Shown here one piece after another: positions 7,671 through 15,732 of a DNA stretch of 64,000 nt; the first letter of the stretch is position 1, and every line of letters begins with the position of its first letter. Origin of the DNA: a virus; the IMG/VR virus record IMGVR_UViG_3300020183_000039, positions 1-64,000 of that record; one strand, 5' to 3'. Below the pieces are notes generated by a model, which was not told the origin of the DNA, searched no databases, and saw only the letters and a program-made list of their open reading frames with translations. The position numbers and the translations under genes are program-made.

Positions 7671-8578
7671 CAGCTCACGTAGTACTTGCCCTGGCCCTTG
7701 GTGCCGGTCAGCTCGTCGAGCCGCCCGCCGACCTGCTCGGCCTTCTTCCTGAGGCGCTTCATGGCCTCGTCGATCTGGTTCACGCGGCCGATCTGCAGGC
7801 GCATCTGGGCGACGTTGCGCTCGTTGGAGAGCCTCTTCATCGCGGCGCGGGCGCGGCCGATGAACTTCTCGCCGCGGGCGACCTCGCGCTCGCCGGCCTT
7901 GGCGTCGGCCATTGCGCCGCCCTTGGCCGCCCCTGGCTTGTTTGCGAACATCCGGGGATACCTGGCCGCGATGCGTGCCTTGATCTTGGCGTCCGCCCTG
8001 GCGGCTCGCTCGCGGGCCACGTCGTCGAACGTCCGGCCGGTGCGCCGGGCTTCGGCCTCGACCTTCGCGTTGCGTTGCAGGCCCTGGAGTTCGTTCCGTA
8101 GATCTTTCAGCTTCTTCTTGTCGCCGGACGCCTTGGCGGCGGCGATTCGCTCTTTGAGCACGGACATCCGGTCGGCCTTGGCGTCGGCCATTGCCCCGCC
8201 GCCGGAAAGATTGACGCCCCTGGCCTTGAGCTGGCCTTCGACGGCCGCGAGGGCTTGCATCAGGTTGTTGGTCTTGCCCAGATCGCCCGACTTCGCGGCG
8301 TCGCCGATCTGCTTGGTGAGGGAGGCGCGGAGCTTCATCGCCTGCTCGTTGCTCACCCCGCCGGACCTCGTCGCCTTGGCCCTCGTCTGCTCGGCCGGCT
8401 TGTCGCCCGCCTCCTTGCCCGTGCGGCACTGGCCGCTGGTGCCGTAGAACGAACCATCTGCTCGCTGGCAACGGGCAAAGTCGTACGACTCGCCCTGCTC
8501 CTCGGAGAAACGAAGGTGGAGGTCGTCGATGGCTTTGGCGGCGGACTCGCTGAAGTCGCCGAACTGCTTGAGTTTCAT
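7670..8578 (-). CDS. Array member: conserved leader and a basic helical C-terminus
   Basis: FGDFSES...RFSEE..YDFARCQRADGSFYGTSGQCRTGK; K/R/A-rich, internal GGAMADAKA duplicated. Confidence 0.8.
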   Translation of the reverse strand: MKLKQFGDFSESAAKAIDDLHLRFSEEQGESYDFARCQRADGSFYGTSGQCRTGKEAGDKPAEQTRAKATRSGGVSNEQAMKLRASLTKQIGDAAKSGDLGKTNNLMQALAAVEGQLKARGVNLSGGGAMADAKADRMSVLKERIAAAKASGDKKKLKDLRNELQGLQRNAKVEAEARRTGRTFDDVARERAARADAKIKARIAARYPRMFANKPGAAKGGAMADAKAGEREVARGEKFIGRARAAMKRLSNERNVAQMRLQIGRVNQIDEAMKRLRKKAEQVGGRLDELTGTKGQGKYYVS

Positions 8579-8605
8579 CAGTCTATTTTAATACAGGGAC
8601 TGCGT

Positions 8606-8803
8606 TCAGTCTTTGTTGTCGGCCGCTTCCATCTGGGCCTTGGCTCGAGCTGATTTAGCCAACTCTGCTGAATGCTTTCTTAACTCGTTGTTTCTCTGCA
8701 TGTTGCCCATCGCATAGGCGATATTGGATGCTCTGATGAAGTCTCCGTTCTCGAGGAGTTTCTTTACAGTCGGAAGCTTTTCAAATTCTTCTATAGTAAT
8801 CAT
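8606..8803 (-). CDS. Small partner protein of effector 4 (candidate immunity protein)
   Basis: 65 aa, start overlaps the stop of 8800..10179; shares the low GC of that gene's 3' domain. Confidence 0.6.
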   Translation of the reverse strand: MITIEEFEKLPTVKKLLENGDFIRASNIAYAMGNMQRNNELRKHSAELAKSARAKAQMEAADNKD

Positions 8804-10179
8804 TCTTCAAAGGGATCGGGATAGGTGGAGAGCTGAGAGGCAAAGTCTCCAAAGTCTTCTCTCTTAGACATGACTTCAAAGATTCTAGCGGCTTGACGGG
8901 CCGAACGGTCCCAGTTCCTATCTTCTTTAGAACCGGGTCGTATCTCTCCGCTTTCGATGAAAGCATCTTTCATAAACTTCGCATCTTCGAGCAAAGAAGA
9001 GCGGTCAGCAATCCGTTTGCCTCCGCCGCCACTTACATGTTGGTTCATATAGTTGACGAGGATCTCTTCCATGGGTGTAATCCCCTTAGTCCCAGACGCC
9101 TTGGCAAAGTCTTCTGATGATCTCCCGAGGTAGCTGTGAATAGCAGAGTGGTAGCGATCGTGCGATGCTGTAACATCATCAAGTCCGTTTCTCTTCTGCC
9201 AATCTTTCGTGTATGAATCAAGCTTTTCTTGGCTTTTCCAGGCATCCTTGCTTGGGGCTAATTTGCCTTTCTCGTATTCATTACTTACTAAGTACTTGCC
9301 AAACCTTTCTTCTCTTGAAGTCCCCAGAGATTTTACTCTGTCTTCTGCCTCGAGTTTTCTTTGTCTTGCATCTGCAAGAATACTCCCCCTATCCTCCCCA
9401 GCAGCCATGCGTCTCCCGTCTTCTTTCATAGCCGCATCGTAGGCAGCTTTGGCCTCTTTGAGCTCCTTGAGCGCCTTAGCAGTAGCTTTAGCGTCTGGAG
9501 AGTCTCTCAAAGCCTTAAGTGCGTCGTACCTTTCGTACTCTTTAAGGGTGTAGGTACCGTCCATGACCTTGCTTTTAAGAGCTTCGATCTGGGTTGAGAC
9601 TTTGGCCTTTTGAGCATCGTTCAACGGCTTTCCAGGCGGGGCGTCAAGAGCCCCATTTTCTAAGGCCTTCTTATCTTCAGCCAAGACTTTTAACGCTGCT
9701 TTAGCGTCGTCTAAGTCTAAACCTAGCCGATCATACTTACTGTCCCATTCGCTAGTGGTCTCAAGTTGCTTTTTGAGACCACTAATCTTTTCTTGGGTTT
9801 CTTTCTCTTCTCGGCTTAGGTTTTCTAGGGCCTTCTTTGTCTCTTCGCTCGGCCCCTTCTTTTCGGGCTCAAGAGGCTTCGCATCCTCAATCTTCTGTGC
9901 CTTGGCCTGCGGTTTCGGCTCAGCAAGAGGCTTAGGAGCAGCAGGCCCCTTGGGGCTGTCGGGATCCTCCACTTTGGACAGTTTTTGGAGTGCAACTTTG
10001 GCTTTAGCGTCTCCCGCTTGTGCCTTAGCCTGCAACGCTTGGATCTCCTTGGGGCCCACTTCTTTACCCTTACGGCATTGCCCTGAAGTTCCGTAGTAAC
10101 TTTCGTCTGGACGCTGGCAACGAACAAAGTCAAGGGTTTCCAGTGCTTGCTCTGAGAATGTTGAGTAGGTCCTTTTCAT
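8800..10179 (-). CDS. Array effector 4: conserved leader, coiled coil and a C-terminal HDxxH domain
   Basis: TFSEQALETLDFVRCQRPDESYYGTSGQCRKGKEVGP; C-terminal SHDRYHSAIHSY...PMEEILV; low GC. Confidence 0.8.
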   Translation of the reverse strand: MKRTYSTFSEQALETLDFVRCQRPDESYYGTSGQCRKGKEVGPKEIQALQAKAQAGDAKAKVALQKLSKVEDPDSPKGPAAPKPLAEPKPQAKAQKIEDAKPLEPEKKGPSEETKKALENLSREEKETQEKISGLKKQLETTSEWDSKYDRLGLDLDDAKAALKVLAEDKKALENGALDAPPGKPLNDAQKAKVSTQIEALKSKVMDGTYTLKEYERYDALKALRDSPDAKATAKALKELKEAKAAYDAAMKEDGRRMAAGEDRGSILADARQRKLEAEDRVKSLGTSREERFGKYLVSNEYEKGKLAPSKDAWKSQEKLDSYTKDWQKRNGLDDVTASHDRYHSAIHSYLGRSSEDFAKASGTKGITPMEEILVNYMNQHVSGGGGKRIADRSSLLEDAKFMKDAFIESGEIRPGSKEDRNWDRSARQAARIFEVMSKREDFGDFASQLSTYPDPFEE

Positions 10180-10592
10180 CGCTCGTCAGCTTTCTCCATC
10201 TGTGCTTTGACTCGCTTCGCCCAGGCCTCACCGGGATCCCCACCCCAGAGCAACCATGAGATGAGTGACGCGGAAGGCGGGTTGGTCGTGTGATTCTTTT
10301 TATAGGCCGAGTGGCGGGCGAAGAAGCTGACCATGCGGCCGATGGTATTTGGGTTAAGCGCTTGTCGATTCTTCAGCGAGGCTGCTCGAGCCACGCCGCT
10401 GCCGATCCCCTGCTTGCCCGCCTCCTCCGTGGAGAGCCCTCCACGCTTATGCTTCTTACGAAGCTCCAGGCCACGAGCGGCGGCATCCGCCACGGACTGA
10501 GGAGGGCGAAAGTCGATATGGCCGTAGCGTTCAGCCCACTCGGGGTTTTCTGCCCAGGCCAAAGCCTCTTCCGAGATGCCACCGCCGAACAT
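10176..10592 (-). CDS. Small head-associated-type protein, copy 1
   Basis: Highly similar to 7251..7670 (WAENPEWAE...RMVSFFARHSAYKKNHT...LLWGGDPG). Confidence 0.8.
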   Translation of the reverse strand: MFGGGISEEALAWAENPEWAERYGHIDFRPPQSVADAAARGLELRKKHKRGGLSTEEAGKQGIGSGVARAASLKNRQALNPNTIGRMVSFFARHSAYKKNHTTNPPSASLISWLLWGGDPGEAWAKRVKAQMEKADER

Positions 10593-10610
10593 CAGCCTCG
10601 CTCCTTAGCG

Positions 10611-11153
10611 CTACTTGGAACCACTTTTAGCCGCATTCTTATCATTCACGATAAGAGCCCGGAGGATCTCAGAGGATCTCCCGCGGTTATAGTCAACTGT
10701 GCCGCGCTTCCTCTCGTTATCTTGGTACTCTTTCAGCAGTCCTTTGACTTGCTGGAAGCCCGGCTTCTCGCCAAGTTGTTCCGACCGAGCAAGGAGACGC
10801 TTCCTGGCTTCGTAGAAGGCCTTGGTTCCCTTCTCCGTATCAAAGGCACGCCTATTCATGATGGCGCGTGCGTCGGACGCCACCTGCTTTTTCAGATCTT
10901 GGCCGCCGCCGGAAGGGGCCGCAGCGGCCTTAGGAGCACTAGGTTGCTTGGGCTTTTCCTGCTTAGCCCCGGCGTCCTTGCCCATGCGGCAGCTACCGGA
11001 TGTCCCGTAGAAAGACCCGTCGGCTCGTTGGCAGCGAGCGAAGTCGTAAGCTTCTGCAAAAGCCTGCTGGTCCTCGGGGTTTTCCGAGTATTTTAGAGCA
11101 ACCAGGGCCCTAGCTTTTGCTAGGGCCTCTTCGGTGAAATGATCTTTGCGCAT
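10611..11153 (-). CDS. First array member: conserved leader and a short basic domain
   Basis: Probable start MRKDHFTEE at 11153; AFAEAYDFARCQRADGSFYGTSGSCRMGK. Confidence 0.75.
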   Translation of the reverse strand: MRKDHFTEEALAKARALVALKYSENPEDQQAFAEAYDFARCQRADGSFYGTSGSCRMGKDAGAKQEKPKQPSAPKAAAAPSGGGQDLKKQVASDARAIMNRRAFDTEKGTKAFYEARKRLLARSEQLGEKPGFQQVKGLLKEYQDNERKRGTVDYNRGRSSEILRALIVNDKNAAKSGSK

Positions 11154-11184
11154 TGTCTTTAACTGGGTGGATAACCACAAGGAG

Positions 11185-11192
11185 TTTTACCC
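11185..11192 (-). promoter_or_regulatory. Putative late promoter motif GGGTAAAA heading the effector array
   Basis: Immediately after a terminator; the GGGTAA core lies 33 nt before the ATG; the motif recurs before many structural genes. Confidence 0.6.
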
Positions 11193-11194
11193 GC

Positions 11195-11224
11195 AAAAGA
11201 AAAGCCCGAGGATGTCCCCGGGCT
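11195..11224 (-). terminator. Rho-independent terminator after phoH
   Basis: AGCCCGGGG-ACAT-CCTCGGGCT hairpin followed by TTTCTTTT. Confidence 0.75.
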
Positions 11225-11240
11225 CGCGAGCATTAAGCTC

Positions 11241-12044
11241 TTAGTCGTCGTATCGGTCTAGAATGTGAGCGATCACAGAGTTTCGTACGATGTCCTCTTT
11301 TTCGAACTGCACGATCCCAACGTCCCGCATGTCCCGAAGCCGGTAGACTGCGTCAAGAAGGCCATTGTCCTTGCGGAACACCTCTAGATCAGACTGCTTC
11401 GTGTCACCCACGATCGCCATCTTGGAATCCTGACCCAAGCGAGTCAGGCACGTCTTCACGTGCGACGGGAGCATGTTCTGCGCCTCGTCGACCACAATGA
11501 AACAGTCGTTGAAGGAGCGCCCGCGGACGTCCTCCAGAAGTACGGGCTCGACGAGCCCTTTGTTGATCAGGTATTCGGCGGCGCCTTGGTTGCGCATCAT
11601 CACCGGTAGATTGTCGAGAACTGGCCCGATTAACGGGCGGACTTTCTCGTTGAAGTCACCAGGGAGAGCACCACGGCCTCTCTGGAACTCCACTCCAACA
11701 TCGCTGCGGATGTAGATGACTTTCTCGACCTCACCCCTGGTGACTTGGGTCATTCCGAACCAGAGGGCGAGGAGGGTCTTGCCAGTTCCTGCGTGGCCAT
11801 GAGCCAGCGTGACTGCATTGCGCTCCATCTGGTTCCAGAACTCGTCCTGCCTCCAGGTCATAGCCTTGAAGGGGAGGAGGTCCATGCCTCTTTCACGGTG
11901 GACGACGTCTTCGACTTGACGCCGTACTTTGCGCTTCTCTCGAGCGGTAGGCATTAGATTGCGGATAGCGAAGGTTTGAGTTTCGACGAGGACAAACTCT
12001 AGGTGATCACCGGACTCACCTCCTTCTTCTTTGCCACCATACAT
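11241..12044 (-). CDS. phoH: PhoH-family ATPase
   Basis: GHAGTGKT Walker A, RGRSF, IVVDEAQN, GDTKQSDL, DIVRN motifs; the start may be MPTAREK further downstream. Confidence 0.92.
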   Translation of the reverse strand: MYGGKEEGGESGDHLEFVLVETQTFAIRNLMPTAREKRKVRRQVEDVVHRERGMDLLPFKAMTWRQDEFWNQMERNAVTLAHGHAGTGKTLLALWFGMTQVTRGEVEKVIYIRSDVGVEFQRGRGALPGDFNEKVRPLIGPVLDNLPVMMRNQGAAEYLINKGLVEPVLLEDVRGRSFNDCFIVVDEAQNMLPSHVKTCLTRLGQDSKMAIVGDTKQSDLEVFRKDNGLLDAVYRLRDMRDVGIVQFEKEDIVRNSVIAHILDRYDD

Positions 12045-12126
12045 GGCTCTCCCTTGCGGGTGTCCGAGGCGGTCTTACCCGCTACACTTCATTGCGTGCG
12101 TGCTCAAGAGCGCGCTAGCTACACGC

Positions 12127-13836
12127 TTAGTCGATGCCGACGTCGTACTTCAGGTCTGACCGGCCTCGGTAGCCTCTCTGCCCAGTAAGCCCGTCACCGA
12201 AGGCCCAGGACGTCTCGTTTGGCGATAGGATCTGCCGACCCTTGCCGCTTTTAAGCTCCGTGAAGTCCCTCATCAAAGCCGCACGGTCCTCCGCTCGTCC
12301 GATGCCCGACTTCATCATGTCCATGGCGTTCGCGTGGCCCGAAGCGTCCAGATGGAAAGAATAGTACGTCAAACCCCAAACCACTGCGTCCGTCTTGTCA
12401 TCGTGAGGGACGAACGGGAATGCCGTAAGCTCCTTGACAAAATCGTCTACCCAGGCTCCCTCGACAAAATGCACTCGCTTAGCTTCGAACAGCGGGCACA
12501 CCGTCTGAAGCCGCACCGTCTTGGACTTCAGTGGCTTGAACTTGTGGATCTGGATCTTGCTCTCCCGTTCCAGCATCTGGATCAGGGACTGGCCAGACGC
12601 GGCCTGCTCGATGGTCATGAACCGAGCGTTGTAGTACTTCTGGGTCTGCTGGACCATCGCGAGAAGGTCAGGGAATCCCCAGCGCCCGTGGACCAGCTCC
12701 CGGATATAGATGTTGTCCGGGTCCTTCTTCGAGAACCCTACCACGGCGATGACACTCTCGTCCGCGCTCTGCTTCTCCGAGAACGCCGTGTCGAGCGACA
12801 TGTACGTGATGTCGAACTCCGGGCATTCGTCAGCCGGCTTCACGCTGATCCAGCCAGCCTTGACGATGGAGCCTTCCTGTGCGGCGGGAAGACCTTGGTA
12901 CAGAGCGGCGAACTTTGCGCTGCCCATGATCCTCTTCTGGGAGAGGAGCATCTCTGTCGTGAAGATCGGGTTGGACGGCCAGTGCGACTCTCCATTCTTG
13001 CGCCCGAGCGGATCGATCGCCTCGTTCTCGCAGAGACCTGGCACGTTCACCCAGCGCCACCCCATCGGGTTCTCGACCTCGTCGTAGAGCCCGTCGCCGT
13101 CCATCAGGATCCCGTGAAGATCTTTCTCGTGGAAACGAGTACCGATGAGAAGCTGAGCCCAGCGGTTGGTGCGACGAGTAGACGCTTGTTCACCCCACCA
13201 GTCTTCCAGGCCTTCCAACGCTGCACGCGAATCCGAACCTTTGAGCGGGTCGTCGATCACCATTGCCCCGACACCCGGGCTATCTTCCGCCGGTGTACCG
13301 GCCGTGAAACCGGTCATCACGCCGCCTACTGACGTAGCGAGGATGAAGCCTCCGCCCTTCATGTCGTACTTGGAGTCCGGGTGGAAACCCAGCCAGTTCG
13401 GGAACACCCGAGTGAACTGCTTATGGCGTAGGTACCCGTGGATGCCTCGGAGGAAGCGATTCGAGAGCTGTTGGCCGTACGAAGCGAGGATGTGCTGGGT
13501 TTGCTGGTCTCGCCCTAGCAGCCACGCCACGAACAACTGTGATAGCATCGACTTGCCCGAGCGCGGAGCGCAACTCACGATAAGACGAGAGTAACGCCAG
13601 TCCGCGATGTCCTCGAAGCCCGAGGCGATGATCTCGTGGAACGGCTCGACCTTGAGTTTTCCGTCAAGCATCAGGTCGGCGAACGCCAGAAAGCAAGAGC
13701 GCGCCGCGCGGAATTTGAAGTCCTGCAGCACGCTCTTCGGCGCTTCCATGAGTTCTAGCTCGCGGAGGCCTCTCTTGTAGACGCGCCAGCTCGAATGCTC
13801 CTCGAGCTGTGACGCGTGGGTGATGATCGGTCTCAT
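12127..13836 (-). CDS. terL: Terminase large subunit
   Basis: APRSGKS Walker A, MVIDDPLKG Walker B, GTRFHEKDL, SLDTAF and HDDKTDA nuclease motifs. Confidence 0.93.
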   Translation of the reverse strand: MRPIITHASQLEEHSSWRVYKRGLRELELMEAPKSVLQDFKFRAARSCFLAFADLMLDGKLKVEPFHEIIASGFEDIADWRYSRLIVSCAPRSGKSMLSQLFVAWLLGRDQQTQHILASYGQQLSNRFLRGIHGYLRHKQFTRVFPNWLGFHPDSKYDMKGGGFILATSVGGVMTGFTAGTPAEDSPGVGAMVIDDPLKGSDSRAALEGLEDWWGEQASTRRTNRWAQLLIGTRFHEKDLHGILMDGDGLYDEVENPMGWRWVNVPGLCENEAIDPLGRKNGESHWPSNPIFTTEMLLSQKRIMGSAKFAALYQGLPAAQEGSIVKAGWISVKPADECPEFDITYMSLDTAFSEKQSADESVIAVVGFSKKDPDNIYIRELVHGRWGFPDLLAMVQQTQKYYNARFMTIEQAASGQSLIQMLERESKIQIHKFKPLKSKTVRLQTVCPLFEAKRVHFVEGAWVDDFVKELTAFPFVPHDDKTDAVVWGLTYYSFHLDASGHANAMDMMKSGIGRAEDRAALMRDFTELKSGKGRQILSPNETSWAFGDGLTGQRGYRGRSDLKYDVGID

Positions 13837-14129
13837 TCCGACTTGTTCTGCCCGAGTTTCTTGAGGAGGTCGTCGACCTTGGACGTGTACTCGTGGCTCT
13901 TAGCCAACTCTTTCTCGGCTTTAGACTCCGACTCGTTGATCGCCACGATGTCCGCCATGAGATCGCGATGGGTCTTGATCGCGGAATTGAAGATGGAGAT
14001 CAGGTCGCGGATAGGAGCCTCACCCATCGACACTTCGATGTCGTCAAGAGCGGACTTGGCGACACGGAGGACGTCTTCGGCAAGCTTCTGCTTCTGCTCG
14101 ATGATCTTCTCGTTGCGGCTGTGTTCCAT
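13833..14129 (-). CDS. Small helical protein, possible terminase small subunit
   Basis: Overlaps the terL start; helical and charged; probable start MEHSRNE at 14129. Confidence 0.45.
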   Translation of the reverse strand: MEHSRNEKIIEQKQKLAEDVLRVAKSALDDIEVSMGEAPIRDLISIFNSAIKTHRDLMADIVAINESESKAEKELAKSHEYTSKVDDLLKKLGQNKSE

Positions 14130-14302
14130 GGGTTCAGAAGTTACGTCGACAGCGGGAGCACCCGTTACCGGCACGAGCGTCTAGACGCTGGCCTCCGGTG
14201 GGCGGCGTGTGAAGCGCTTTGATGATGCGTTGAGCAGCGGCCTTGTCACCGCGATGCATGGCTTTATAGTACTCTTTCCAGAGCTGCTCTCTGGACCTCG
14301 GA

Positions 14303-14515
14303 TCATACATCATCGTCGTCCTCCTGGTCCATCGTGCCGTAGATCGCGTCGAGCAATTCGGACAGAGCGGTCTCTTCGTCTTCGAACTTCTCCACGAAAG
14401 ACTCGGGGACCTGAGACGACAGGACCTTGATATGGGTCCTTCGCATCCGTTTGTACTTTGCCGAGTCGACGTTGGAGCTAAGATCCGAGAGATCCACTCC
14501 GTACCTTAATTGCAT
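14303..14515 (-). CDS. Hypothetical protein
   Basis: 70-aa ORF overlapping the end of the upstream gene. Confidence 0.55.
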   Translation of the reverse strand: MQLRYGVDLSDLSSNVDSAKYKRMRRTHIKVLSSQVPESFVEKFEDEETALSELLDAIYGTMDQEDDDDV

Positions 14516-15732
14516 GAGTCGATCTTACCCTCTTCCAGGGTGGTCTCATCGCAGTCGAGAAGTGGGATGTAGTCCTTCGGATTGAGAAGCGTGAGCTCCA
14601 GCTTCTTAACCCAGGCACGTCCGATAGGCGTGCTTCCGACAAGCTGGTAGACAACGTTGTTGTGGGTCATCTCGGTTCCGATAGCCGTCGGGAAGAGAGC
14701 GCCGTAACGGACTCTCAGTGTGCCCTTGCTCGGGTCGGTAGGGTCCACGTAGAGCAGAGACTGGAATTCGTTGATGTAGCCGTAACCGTTGACTGGAAGA
14801 TTAGTAGCGATGAAGTTCTCGGTGTTAGCGGCTGTCACGGGCGTGTAGGTCTCTCCGTTGATACGAACAAGGCCGCCTCCTGGTGCTTCGCCCACCAGAC
14901 TTAGAAGCTTGTTGCCGGTATCAGCTCCGAAGAATGACCTCACGAACTGCCCGCTAGGGCCGCACTCCGTCTTGATGTTGATGATCTCGAAGGTGTCGGT
15001 GTCGTCTTTGGTACCGGTGCACGCCAAGCAGTAGCCGAGACTGATCTCCTCTGCTGTCATGAAGACCTGGGCAGGATCCCACTTGTAAACCAGATCCCCG
15101 TTGTCGGCGTACTCCACACCAGCGTACTCCTCGGAGTACGGGATCGACGGGTTGGGCGGAGGAAGAACCGGAGCGTAGATAATGTTGCCGCAGACGGTCT
15201 CTCCTGGCCCAACGACCTGCTTGGTGTTCTGCGGGAAGAGTTTGGAGCAGTCTCCACGCTGCACGCATGGGTCGATGGCGATGGCTCGCTCGATGTCCTG
15301 CACTACAAGTTGCCACTGCTGGCTGTAGGTGTAGTGGGACGAGTCCGTGAGGCCCGTGAACTGCTCAGAGATCATGTAGAACGGCTGCACCACCTCGACT
15401 CCTGAGTTCGGAGGCACTGCGTTCGTGAGCGTCATCTTCGAGGCCGCGCAAAGCTGCACTGCGAAGTCGTGGCCGGACTGGCTTAGGTACGACTGGGACG
15501 CGATGTTCACCTCGAAGATCATCGTGTCCTCGGAGGTCAGAGGCGCCTGGCGGATGACGTTGCCGCTGGTCGACACGTAGCGAACGACGATAGAGTTCAC
15601 CATCTGGAGGATCCCCTCCTCGTCGATCACGTCCGCGAGTCGAACAACATTGACGCCCAGCGGCACCAAGGGCGATGAGAGGAGCATGTCAGTCATGAAC
15701 CTCTCGATCTTCGTGATCGAATCGAGTCTCAT
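14506..15732 (-). CDS. Putative tail-terminator/Mu gp37-like protein with a C-terminal extension
   Basis: N-terminal ~150 aa pattern (IVVRY...FEVNIASQSYLS...FYMISEQF...YTYSQQW) and structural-gene context. Confidence 0.45.
   Translation of the reverse strand: MRLDSITKIERFMTDMLLSSPLVPLGVNVVRLADVIDEEGILQMVNSIVVRYVSTSGNVIRQAPLTSEDTMIFEVNIASQSYLSQSGHDFAVQLCAASKMTLTNAVPPNSGVEVVQPFYMISEQFTGLTDSSHYTYSQQWQLVVQDIERAIAIDPCVQRGDCSKLFPQNTKQVVGPGETVCGNIIYAPVLPPPNPSIPYSEEYAGVEYADNGDLVYKWDPAQVFMTAEEISLGYCLACTGTKDDTDTFEIINIKTECGPSGQFVRSFFGADTGNKLLSLVGEAPGGGLVRINGETYTPVTAANTENFIATNLPVNGYGYINEFQSLLYVDPTDPSKGTLRVRYGALFPTAIGTEMTHNNVVYQLVGSTPIGRAWVKKLELTLLNPKDYIPLLDCDETTLEEGKIDSCN

Noticed and set aside
7671-8471. 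N-terminal extension of the 406-aa ORF 7251..8471
   Set aside because: Overlaps 7670..8578 in another frame and is R/G-rich noise; the paralogue at 10176..10592 shows the real start is at 7670.
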